Shown here: piece after piece, positions 12,473 through 23,002 of the stretch | Position numbering within the stretch: the first letter of the stretch is position 1 | How the letters are laid out: every line of letters begins with the position of its first letter | Assembly (NCBI GenBank): GCA_020137815.1 | Contig: CM035353.1 | Coordinates: forward strand, 5,642,001-5,706,000 | From: Hormiphora californensis | Taxonomy: Eukaryota; Animalia; Ctenophora | Length of the DNA stretch: 64,000 nt | Direction of reading: 5' to 3' | Translations under genes and position numbers: made by a program | Notes under the pieces: generated by a model | What the model saw: only the letters and a program-made list of their open reading frames with translations | The model's database searches: none | What the model was told of the DNA's origin: nothing

Positions 12473-12719
12473 AAATACAATTGCTAGAACAACAACAAAA
12501 ATGCTTCATTTAACACAACAGCAAGTCAGCAGCCCTATCAACAGAGACGCTCTTTAACATGAAATATTATATTCAACTCAAATTAGAACACATCACATGT
12601 GATCTTAGTATACAGATACTGTTATAGTAGAGTGCGAGTAGGACGAGAGTCTGAAAGAATTAAAGATAAGCTAATAGCTATTTTCGCAGAAAAGATGCAG
12701 CTAAATAGTTTATATTTTT

Positions 12720-15700
12720 CTAACTTTTTTCACTCTCACTCTTGCCATCATTACTGTTCTGTACCGTCCCCATTTCAATGCTCTCTGCTGGCTCTTCAAG
12801 AGCCCTATTAGACATCTTCATCAGTATCAAGGAAAAGATCTTTCTAACTGCATTCCATCCCCATTGTGCCCACGTCTCCACCTTCCCGTATACACTATCA
12901 CTATACAGGAGGGGGTTGATGATGGAGTTGATGGGAAGGATGATAACGGATAGAACCCCATAGTACGGTGTTGCATCCACCACCTGTCCCATGTGGAGTC
13001 CAGATGTGACCATGACAGGCAGCCAACAAAGCATATTTGTACCGATGATGAGGGAGATCTTGCGTTGGGATTTCTTCTGTTGTTTTAGCCTGGCAATGTG
13101 GTTGTTGTTGTTGTTGATGTTTTCATCTCCTGATCCCCTTGTTACTTTACTTACACTCCTGTTTAGCTGAAATAAGAGAGTGGTTAAAAATCAAAATAGT
13201 TGGAAATCCAGAATCCCCCAAAAATAAAATGCTGCAAGGCAAGTCTACTCAGATAAATCCAAATACATAGTACTCGTCAGGAACCGACCGAATCAGGAAA
13301 TACTGGTCCCTAATTGGCTGATGACCAGTCACGTGACCTAAATAATGAGTTCTGATTGGTTGTTTACTTGTTTCGGTCGGTTCCTGGTACTCGTTATACG
13401 TACCTCGATTGCAATGATGATATAACAAGTGGAGATAACCGCCAGGCAAGCCATGTTCAATATCTGGAAGGTGAGGGAAAACACAAACTGTGGGTCGTCT
13501 GGAAGGACAAAAAACTTGAACAGACATACGCCTCCGTTCCCGTAAAAGCCAACGAACTTGTGCATTCCCTCCAAGTTACCGTAATCACTGGTGTACATTC
13601 CTTTGATGAGACTTGTAGCATACTTCCAGCTTATTGTCGCTGAGGAGGCCCCTTTGCCCTTTTTGGAAACCCTCCCATAGTAACCTTCAATTGTATCCAA
13701 ATGTTGGGCTTTGCTAGATTTCCCCAAAAACATCTTTACCTGCTCGTCCCATACTTGGCCACTTATGAAGACATCCTCCAACCAGGTAGCTAGGATCACA
13801 GGAGACGCAGCTATCGCCACAGCAATCACCACCACCGTGAGGGCAAAGCTGGCAGTTTTTACAATTTTCCGGTCTTTTGGAGGTCGTATCCCACCCATCA
13901 CACCTGCTGCCCGGGTAAGACTTAGACTGGTCATTGCAAAAACGGAGAGACACGATGCAGAGGTACTGAAGATCCCTAGAAGATTGCATTTGCGACTGGT
14001 TAACCACTCGTCCTGGTGCTGGCAGTAATGGTCAGACTGGAGTTGGTCATACACTGCAACTATCAACAAGTAAACGCCGTTTAAAGTGTCACCAAAACTT
14101 ACCAAACCAACAAGGATCCTATTTTGGAAGGCAATGTCCCTTTTCACACCTGGTAGTTGCCTGGCAACACTAAACAGATTCCAAATGTTTAGACCAGTAG
14201 CGAGTGATCCGAAAACAAAAGCGAAAATTTTCAGTGCTAATCCCTCAAGAATGTGGGTGCTGCAACGGTTGTTGCATTCATCACTTCGATCAAAACAATC
14301 TGTTACCCCATCGCATACCTGGTAGAGGGGTAGCAGTTTTTCCCCACATTTAAAGTGGTTGACGCACTTGATTTCATCGCTTCCATCACCACAATCATCG
14401 ACTAGATTGCAAACTTTGTCAAAAGTAAGGCACCGCTGGTTAGAACACTGGAAAGTCTCTTGAACCCACCACTCGCCTTTGCGTGTAACTATTGTTAGCT
14501 GGTCACCGTTGTAGTAAGTGAGGACTTTTTTGGGAAAGTCTGCCGGACAGGCGTCGCGATTTAGTGGCGTTCTATCAAAGGGGCAAGTGACGTTGTCGGA
14601 GCATCTGTTACTACATGCAAGGTATACATACACCTCACCGTAGACGTATTTGCAGGAAACTTTATTGGACGGGAGCGTCAGTTCTATTTCTTTCGTCCCA
14701 AATATGACGCTGTTGTTAAAAGGTGTACTCATACACTGGGAATCAGATAGGACCTCAATGCTGTTCAGCCCAGGAAGACAGTGAAGAAGAAACTTATGCC
14801 AGCCCTTTTTCACAGATACGGCGGTGTTAAAAACATCTTTTCGATGCCTAACGCACATGTTGTTTTCATTGCCACACGTATCGATCCCATCACACAGAAA
14901 CCCTGTTGGTATGAACTCCAATTTACCTGCCAATCCAATTGCTTTGCATACCACAACATCCTCACACGAAACCGCACTGCTTTCGACGAACCTCCTCGTT
15001 GTCCCGTTGCCACATGTCGGCCACATCTCTGGATGCTCATCCTCTCCGCCTACACAGTCGGTATATCCATCGCTAAGCCAGCTAATCGGTATCTTTGAAT
15101 ACTCACCCTTACTGGCTTTTCTTTTACAGATGCTTATGCCGGTCATGTAGCGGCAAATTTCATCCGTTTCCGATAGACAGTCAACTTCACCATCACAAAT
15201 CTGGTGCTTGTGGATGGTGCACGTGTCGGTGACATCCTCACACAGGGTATCCAAGTTATCATCACAGAGACCAACACGTAGCTCGTCACATACCATTACC
15301 TTGGCAACGGTGGACATGTACCCTCCTATGGGACACGACAGGGCAACCCTTTCCGGATCGGAGCAATTGGTCTGGTCCATAAAGTCCTTACATACTGGGA
15401 TATACGCATATTTTTCCTTTCTATAAAAATCTAAGTCTGCGGGATTTATTCCCACCGTGCAATCGATGTATGAACTGTAAGCCTTAATTGTCGAACATCT
15501 CAGGAAGTCAAAAATCGGTTTCAATTCGCTTTTATATGACTGGTACATTCCATGTGTGTCTGGGCTCTCACAGGATGGCATATCAGGGTAAGTTTTCAAA
15601 TCACATGCTAGTCCGATAGCAGAAAGACGCGGCATGTTTTTGCAGAATTTACCACGCCCGCTTACACAAACTTTACCTGGGGGTATATACCGAGTGTGAT

Positions 15701-17773
15701 GGACATCAGTATCACACATTATCCCGTAGCTGTACCCGTTACACGTGTATTCATCCCAGCAAGTCTTCATCATCACAAATTCCATTGCATATAGTAGACT
15801 GTTCCTCACATATGTTAGCAGGGGATATTGTCCCGACAAGCCGTCCATTTGGACATGCCGTCTGATAGTAAAATCACTTCATAATCATATGAATCTCCTG
15901 CATTTCTAGCTGTATTACATGGTGTTGTGCCACAAGCTAGCTTTTCGGGGATAGCGTCAAGTTGAATTGACCTTAGTCCACACATCTCGTAATTTATGTT
16001 TTCAGCACATCGGAACCCGTACAAAAATGTAGTTTTTAAAACATCCACTTCTACATAGTAGCGTTTCAAGGAGTTCACGCACTGATATAAGTCGTGAATC
16101 CTCGTTTTAGCAGCGTATTCTCTTTCAAACTTTTCAAGACATTTCCGTTTAAGAAATCCTCCGACCAAACTTATAGGACACTCGTCTATCTCAGTGGATA
16201 TCAGACGCCTTGTCGTGGGTTGTTTAGCTGAGAGAGAGATGTGATATCACTTTACTATACTTATACTGTGTGTAGTATTATTATACTCACCGCGGTGTGG
16301 TCTGTTCGACGCTCGAGTTGGTGGTGGCCTTACAGTTCTCTTTTTGAAGGGCGGTTCCGTCATTATATCTATCTGCTTGAGTTCTGATTCCCCGATCTCT
16401 CTCATACACCAAACTTTTGTGGTCCGAGTAAAGGACCATATCACAGAAGCCCAACCTTGAAAATTTCATAATTAAGGCCAGGGGGGGGGGGGTCGATCAC
16501 CGATTTTTGACCCCTATTTTGCTTCGAAGATCCAAACTGAATCACACTGAAAAGTTTGGTCGGTTCTTCAAATTAGCAGGCGTTCAGTTGTGAACGCCTG
16601 TTGTGTGCGGCGCATTGGCACGTGCGACGTGGGCGCTGGCAAGATGTTACATGTTGCAACATGTAAAAGCCTATCCTAGCCGTTTTCTCAGAAAGTGGTT
16701 AACCATGTGAAAAATTGGGTTTAGAGGGGAGCCATTATAATGTCGATTTTTCCAGATTTTGTTAACCCCATTATATAATTCAAAGACCAGTTGGACTTAT
16801 GGTGTAAAACTTTGTAGAGTGATCCCTCTTGATAAGACAAAGTGTTTGTGGCAGAATATGTTATGGTAGCTTAGTCTTACTTGGGATGTCTTCAATAGCA
16901 CTAATATCAGCTCTTTGGTGATAGGGGACGGTCCAATGCAGGTGTCCACGATGGCTCATCAAACATATCAATTGTTTCCGTAAAGGAATGCTGGAAACCA
17001 GTCATCACTAGCTATGACATCTGGGGTTTTACACATCCATCTGCCATCGGTCGTCAGTAGGGCACGCCCATACTTATCCTGAGGTGTTGGATATCAGTGA
17101 CACCATGATAATAATATTGAGTGGTTTATTATACCTTGATGACACCATAAATTCCGTAATTTCCATTGTTGTTGGTGCAGGCAATAGCAAGCAGTTTAAC
17201 GGTGTAGAGAAAGATCGATATAACTTGTCTTATCCCATCTGAAAATATGGCTTTGTTTGGTTTCTGTTAACTGTTTATCTCAACAAAACTACATTAGTGT
17301 TTTTTTTCTTGTTAGTACAGTCGGACCCCGATTTACCGGGATGCTCGGGGGAAAGGGTTTGCTCGGTAAATCGGGGTGCCCGGTATATCGGGGTCAAATA
17401 CTATTAATTTTCTATTTCGGGGGAAGATTATGCTCCCGGTAAATCGGGGCCCGGTAAATCGGGGTCCGACTGTACTTACTGTTCTTCATTTTCTGTTGTC
17501 ACCCGCTCCCCATCCACATATATTTCTATAACATCATTACATGATATGATCAATTTGTATCCGTCTGTTTCGGCGCCCTCTGCATGTAGATAACATTTTA
17601 GTGTTAAGGTGCGTAATTTAAATGCCACAAAAGACGCAATGACAAATAGGGATCAGCAGCTAACAACGGCGGAGGGGTGGGAGAATGTAGTATCAGTGTA
17701 GACCTATAGGTGATAGCACAATACATTTACCTGCTAGTAGGACAGCTGATACTAGAAGAATAACCTTCTCCAT
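12720..17773 (-). CDS. Large class-A GPCR: signal peptide + lectin-like domain + Cys-rich/LDLa repeats + LGR/GRL101-type 7TM, no LRRs; five +1 frameshifts in the 5' part
   Basis: Exons 17773-17731 (MEKVILLVSAVLLA), 17579-17480, 17238-17135, 17078-16881, 16455-16291, 16227-13404, 13166-12720; LDLa motifs CDGEVDC..DE, FQCSNQRCLTFDKVCNLVDDCGDGSDE, CDGVTDCFDRSDE; 7TM motifs GDTLNGVYLLIVAVYD, WLTSRKC, FYGNGGVC, TNMLCWLP, LPINSIINPLLY. Confidence 0.88.
13278..13386. mobile_element. hAT-like MITE in the last receptor intron, TSD GTACTCGT
   Basis: Same family as 9262-9370; intron 13403-13167 on the minus strand is GT..AG, phase 0. Confidence 0.88.
16476..16830. mobile_element. Transposon fragment with a TTAA|GGCCAG(G)n left end (Kolobok-like family); internal part also present at ~18800-18952
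   Basis: Terminus shared with 30699 and 43357; ~150 bp GCTTCGAAGATCCAAACTG...GTAAAAGCCT at ~16521-16672 and ~18801-18952; right boundary not identified. Confidence 0.55.
17318..17472. mobile_element. Tc1/mariner (pogo/Tigger-like) MITE, TA TSD
   Basis: TA|CAGTCGGACCCCGATTTA ... TAAATCGGGGTCCGACTG|TA. Confidence 0.9.
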
Positions 17774-18012
17774 GCCATCTCAAACAAGTTGTAACTGTCT
17801 TACAGCTCACAAGCGTGCGGGTTTTAAATGAAGAAGCGAATTAATATTTTCATGAAATAGCGCTACTTATACTTAGAAGATAAAAGAACTCAACTGGCGC
17901 CAATATGAATCATTTTATATCCACCCACTATATATTCGAGCTCATATATTTGCGATAACCACCCACAATTATGCAATTTTTTTCTCGTACGAGACGGCGC
18001 CATTATGAACTA

Positions 18013-18206
18013 CAGTCGGACCCCGATTTACCGGGATGCTAGGGGGAAAGGGTTTTGTCCGGTAAATCGGGGTGCCCGCCGCCCGGTATATCGGGGTCAA
18101 ATACCGTCAATTTCTTATATCGGGGGAAGTTAATCCTCCCGGTAAATCGGGGTTCCGGTAATCGGGGTTCCGGTAAATCGGGGCCCGGTAAATCGGGGTC
18201 CGACTG
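18013..18206. mobile_element. pogo-like MITE, TA TSD
   Basis: Same TIRs as 17318-17472; internal CCGGTAAATCGGGG repeats. Confidence 0.9.
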
Positions 18207-18519
18207 TATATAAAATACTCGCTTGGTGAAACAATTGATCACTTTCTTAGAATTTGTTGCTATTATTAATTTCGTAGAATTTGACGTGATTTTAGCAGTG
18301 CGGGAAGCATACAAATCTTTAGGGAGGGGAAGAATGGGCAAAGAAGTAGAGTTGGACGCCGCCGAGTTACAAAAATGGTCGGCGGCGGCTCGAGAAAATT
18401 GTCCCATGTCGACGGCGTCACGGTGCACTGCGACATGGATTCTGAACTCTCAAGTCGCGACTTGGGCGACCAAGTCGCAACTTCAGAGTAAAATTGAATA
18501 CAACATGGAGTAAAGTCCA

Positions 18520-18738
18520 ATTTTTTATTTAAGCGACAGGCCGCCGCGCATCAAAATGCAGCGCTTGAAATCGATTTCCGGTTCCTGATAAGCTAGCGAC
18601 TTTTTCTTGGTGCCATTGGAAAGATAAAAATTTTATCTTTCCAACTCAACCAGGATCAAGTCTTTATCTTATCAGGAACCGGAGATATGACCAATTAACT
18701 AATTGAGTGCGCGGCGGCCTGTCGCTTAAATAAAAAAT
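18520..18738. repeat. Nested inverted repeat (transposon-derived hairpin)
   Basis: TTTATTTAAGCGACAGGCCGCCGCGCA / TGCGCGGCGGCCTGTCGCTTAAATAAA; inner CCGGTTCCTGATAAG / CTTATCAGGAACCGG; central TTGGAAAGATAAAAATTTTATCTTTCCAA. Confidence 0.7.
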
Positions 18739-19234
18739 TCGACTATATTCTATGTATCGTCTATTGAGGGCGCGATCACACCAGGATCTTCCAAACAGTT
18801 GCTTCGAAGATCCAAACTGAATCACACTGAAAAGTTTGGTTGGTTCTTCAAGTTAGCAGGCGTTCAGTTGTGAACACCTGTTGTGTGCGACGCATTGGCA
18901 CGTGCGACGTGGGCGCTGGCAAGATGTTACATGTTGCAACATGTAAAAGCCTGCCAGCGCCCACGTTTTTGTAAACAAGATTAATTTCATTATGTTCTAA
19001 CATAACGCTGAATTCCCTAATCTCTGCCCTGTGAAGTTTTATTGTGAAGGAAGAGCATCATTGCTACATGATCGCTGTTACAGCAATTAGCGGGACACAA
19101 AATCCCGATGATATACATCCGACAAACAGTGTATTACAATATCCTTGTGTTTTAGTAGCCCTGAATTGCGCACCGCACAGCCACATTGCACGCCTCACAT
19201 TCCACCGTTTTAACGGGGGTCCAGATTGGTAATG

Positions 19235-19275
19235 AGGAGGAGAGAGAGAGAGGTTGTTGAAGAAGAGAGAGAGAG

Positions 19276-19372
<97 letters not shown>

Positions 19373-19433
19373 GGAAGAAAAGCTGTAACTATGGCAACCA
19401 GCACATCGACCACAAACAACACTTTCCACTAAT

Positions 19434-19505
<72 letters not shown>

Positions 19506-19512
19506 CTCTCTC
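19235..19512. repeat. (GA)n and (CT)n microsatellites in opposite orientation
   Basis: (GA)n ~19235-19366, (CT)n ~19439-19512. Confidence 0.95.
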
Positions 19513-19557
19513 TTAGCCCTCTTAATATTCTTCCCTCAAATTATTCAAGTTGTAACA

Positions 19558-19910
19558 CCCTTGTTCCATGGGCAGAATTCGGCCAAATTTAGGCTGAATT
19601 ACGCCTTTTAGGCTGAATTCTGCGGCCGAATTACGCCGCAGAATTACGCCTTGTGCACAGGCCGAATTACGCCTAAAAGGCGTAATTCGGCCTTTTTGGT
19701 AGCCCCTCGGGAGGGTGTTATTCACACATCTAATTGATCAATGAAATAACTCAGTAGATCTCTCTTTCACACCATGCTTAATTAGGGCGGGAAAAACCAT
19801 CTCACACGGAGTTTGTGCGGCTGTGTGTCAGTATTTTTCTTCCCGTGGAACCGCGGTGCTCACTTTCAAACGGCAGATCCTTTTGCGGAGTTCTGCCCAT
19901 GGAACTAGGG
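19558..19910. mobile_element. MITE with CCC..GGG termini (CCCTWGTTCCATGGGCAGAA TIR)
   Basis: Left CCCTTGTTCCATGGGCAGAATT, right AGTTCTGCCCATGGAACTAGGG; internal GAATTACGCC repeats; TSD not resolved. Confidence 0.7.
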
Positions 19911-20129
19911 GGTAAGGGGCAAATCACATCAATCATATCAAATGGATTTTTATCAAATGGATTTTCGTGCACGTAACGGTTTTTGAGCGGATGGAAAATT
20001 AAACTGCCTGCAACGGTCTACAAGAAACATTTGTGGCGGTCGCGTGTTCCGTATTTTAGCCCAAACTGTGGCGTATTTGCGCTAAAATATGGAATTGGAT
20101 TTTTGATTCTGGATTTTAGGAGTTAGGAC

Positions 20130-22641
20130 ATGCAATCTCTATTTACAGGAGGTAACAGACCGGCCAGTTCTCTATCAGTACGATCTATTACGAGTGTGCG
20201 GAGTGCAGAGTCTGTTCTCACTACAAGAAGTAGTCCAGTGAGAGGGACAAGGACCACGAGAAAACCTATTGGAGCTACATCTAAACATGGTAACTGGATG
20301 GGCAAATGGTCGACGCTCTTGAGTCTTGCAAGTAGCGCTCTGTGCAACTTGACATTTCGTCACATATCATGAGCCAAGTTGCAGAATCGTGTTCGTCGCG
20401 CGCGTTTTGATAGTGAAAAGTACAACAAAATTCAGTGTCAGCAGTGTGTAAACGCGCGCCACCTTGTTTATGCTGTCTACATGTGATTTGGAAAGGCGCT
20501 GAAAAGCGCTCATTGCAGAGAATGTTTCTGCCGAAAATAATCATGCAATTAATTTCAGCTGGTAGAGCCCCTGGGATACGACTGTCTGTGGAATACAGCG
20601 AGGAAACTGGGGTACTAAAGGTCCGAGTTTGGTCATTACAAAGTCTGGTCATGACGCCAGAACTATCGAACACCCCCAATGTGTCCATACACGTTAGGAG
20701 TTGTGTTTTTCCAGGGGCTAAGATTTGGAGTAAAACAGAGGACAATATGGTGGAGAAGTTTCTACCAAACCAAGGTAGGCAGACCTAGTAATCGGAATCA
20801 GAATATGAAACCGATATATCAGGGTTGAGGCACCCAATCTTTTAGGTTTTGTTGAATTTTATCAGACAGGAATTTGGCTTTTCTAGTATTGCCACCCTTC
20901 ATTTACCTTTTTGAGTAAGTACTCAACAACCCTAATTACCTATAATCCAATGAACACTGAACCCACACTTTTAACAGATACGGAAAGTGGAGAGAAAAAA
21001 GGGGGAGGAGAAGAGCGGTTTACAGAGGCCATTTCTCTACAACAAATCCCTCTCGACAGAAAAATGACTTTCCGTAACATTTCAGGTCCGTTGAAATGGT
21101 TTCATAGGACCCATTTTACATAGTGTAATTATAGACACAGGGATCACTCATTCTGCAATTGAACATGTCAATAATTGACATTCGATTGTGGCCCGGAGCA
21201 TAGTTAGACATATATCTACACTGGCTGTTATCATTGTGTAGATATTTCTAGTCATCATCATGCACAATAAAAAGAAAATGTTACACTGGGCTAGTTTGAA
21301 TGATCCCTGTTAGAAAATATTAAAATGCCCACTTATTAGCCGTCAACAAATAGAACATTAACAAATAATTGACTCATATTTTCCGCGTTAAACACGGCTG
21401 CTGAGATGAAGTAAAACACTTTTTATCACATAGTTTGGACGTTTGTGGTTATAACACTGCCATTTTTGGCCAAATTTTATCTTTGGCTCGTTGGATAGAG
21501 GGCATTGAGCTCTTTCCATAAAGCTAAAGTTTAAGCAAATTGGTGAAGAAATGGCGGAGTTATGGCACAAAACGCTTTAAAACGTGCATTTCTTGAGCTG
21601 TATGGAAAGAGCTCGATGTCCCCTTTCTAAGATTATGAGATTTGGTCAAGAAATGGCAGAAATATTACCAAAAACGTCCAAATTATGTGTTTGACTTTAC
21701 CGCTAACCTGCTCAGAGTTCAAACAAATAAACATTCACAGCTAAGAATAAAGTAACATCCAAAAACATTAGAATTTTAAACAATTAAATAGGGGACTAAG
21801 TATGTCCAGTATAGTAATATTTCAGTTCACTATCATCTAGCTCTTCCCATTGAATCGCCTGACACTGTGTCGTGTTACCTCGGCAAATAAATACATATCT
21901 ACAAATACCAATAGTAATTATTATTTTCTGAAATATTCCTGTAATTCAATTGATTATTCTCCAATTACTAACACTTTTGTCTTCCCCAGAAAACGAATTA
22001 TCTGAAAAGAATATTGAAATAGCGGTGTGTGTAAAGGTGCCTAGCAGAGTGTCCAGTAAGGTTATCTACCTTGCCAAACTATTCCTAAAGTGAGTGACAA
22101 ATGAGTTGGGTGCTATTTTTATCATGGTTATGAAAATGAAAATTTTGAAACTGTTTTCTACCGCCAGTTTGTTTTAGTTTCGCTGAACTTGATTTTCTGC
22201 AGGTGTGAAGAGGCGGTAAACGTGGTTATGCCCAAATGGTTCCTGATGACCAGCTGCTCTATAGAGAAAAAGAATGCCAAGCTACCGGCTGGAGGGACAA
22301 TGTATAAGAATCTAGCAGCTGACAAGGGAGAACAGGGATCCTGGGACCCTCCCAGCCCACTCAAATCACCCTCTCTGACGAGTGCTGCCTCTGTTAGTCA
22401 TGTCCGAATTACAGAGCCAATTTCAACTAAACCGCCACCCAAGGGATCTAGCAAGAAAGAGGGACTGAGAAATCCATTCAAACGTGATCAGAAACTCAAT
22501 ATGGCCCGTGCGATTGAAATGAGCCGAGTCAAATCGGACATTAGGGTAGACCTTGGAGACTCTGATGAGCCAGAATATAAAAGTCAAGGCAATAGGTTGG
22601 AATTTAGTACGGCTGCTAGGTCTATTGATGATATGGTGTAA
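20130..22641 (+). CDS. Divergent C2-domain protein, 5 exons
   Basis: Phase-compatible exons ~20130-20289, 20559-20773, 20978-21085, 21990-22089, 22203-22641 give GIRLSVEYSEETGVLKVRVWSL..VRSCVFPG..SKT..MTFRNISENELSEKNIEIAV..LAKLFLK..PKWF, a synaptotagmin-type C2 pattern without obvious Ca-binding Asp residues. Confidence 0.72.
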
Positions 22642-23002
22642 AGATATTTTATTAGCGTGACCCTATTTTTCAGAGCTATTTGGGAACTACTTTTATCTTT
22701 TGCTACTATGTACATATGTATTTTGTGTAATTATTAGTTGGTTTATACAGTGAGGTATTATGATTAATTATGGACTATTTTATGCGTGTTAATAATAATA
22801 AATAATAATGTAAGTGATTACAATTCAGCATGTATTTATGTGTAGTTTGTAGTTTGTAGTACGGTTTTATTTGATTTCTACCAAATACCTAAAATAACGT
22901 GTTTAAATTTGGCTAATTAACTAATGATATTAGCTATATAATAAGAGAGGTTTCGGTCCGTGGTAGGATTCGATCTGTCCATCTATAAAATTAAACTGAT
23001 AA

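Larger units (their letters stand above)
5432..13395 (+). repeat. Tandem duplication of ~3.95 kb (5432-9379 and ~9449-13395), possibly an assembly artefact
   Basis: Offset 4017 then 4016; only two differences seen (1-bp indel near 6201, C/G near 8629); ~70-bp junction at 9380-9448. Confidence 0.93.

Noticed and set aside
13338-13403. C-terminus VRITSTRNRPKQVNNQSELII of the 836-aa ORF
   Set aside because: Read-through into intron and MITE; the real protein splices at 13404 to 13166 to gain TM6-TM7.
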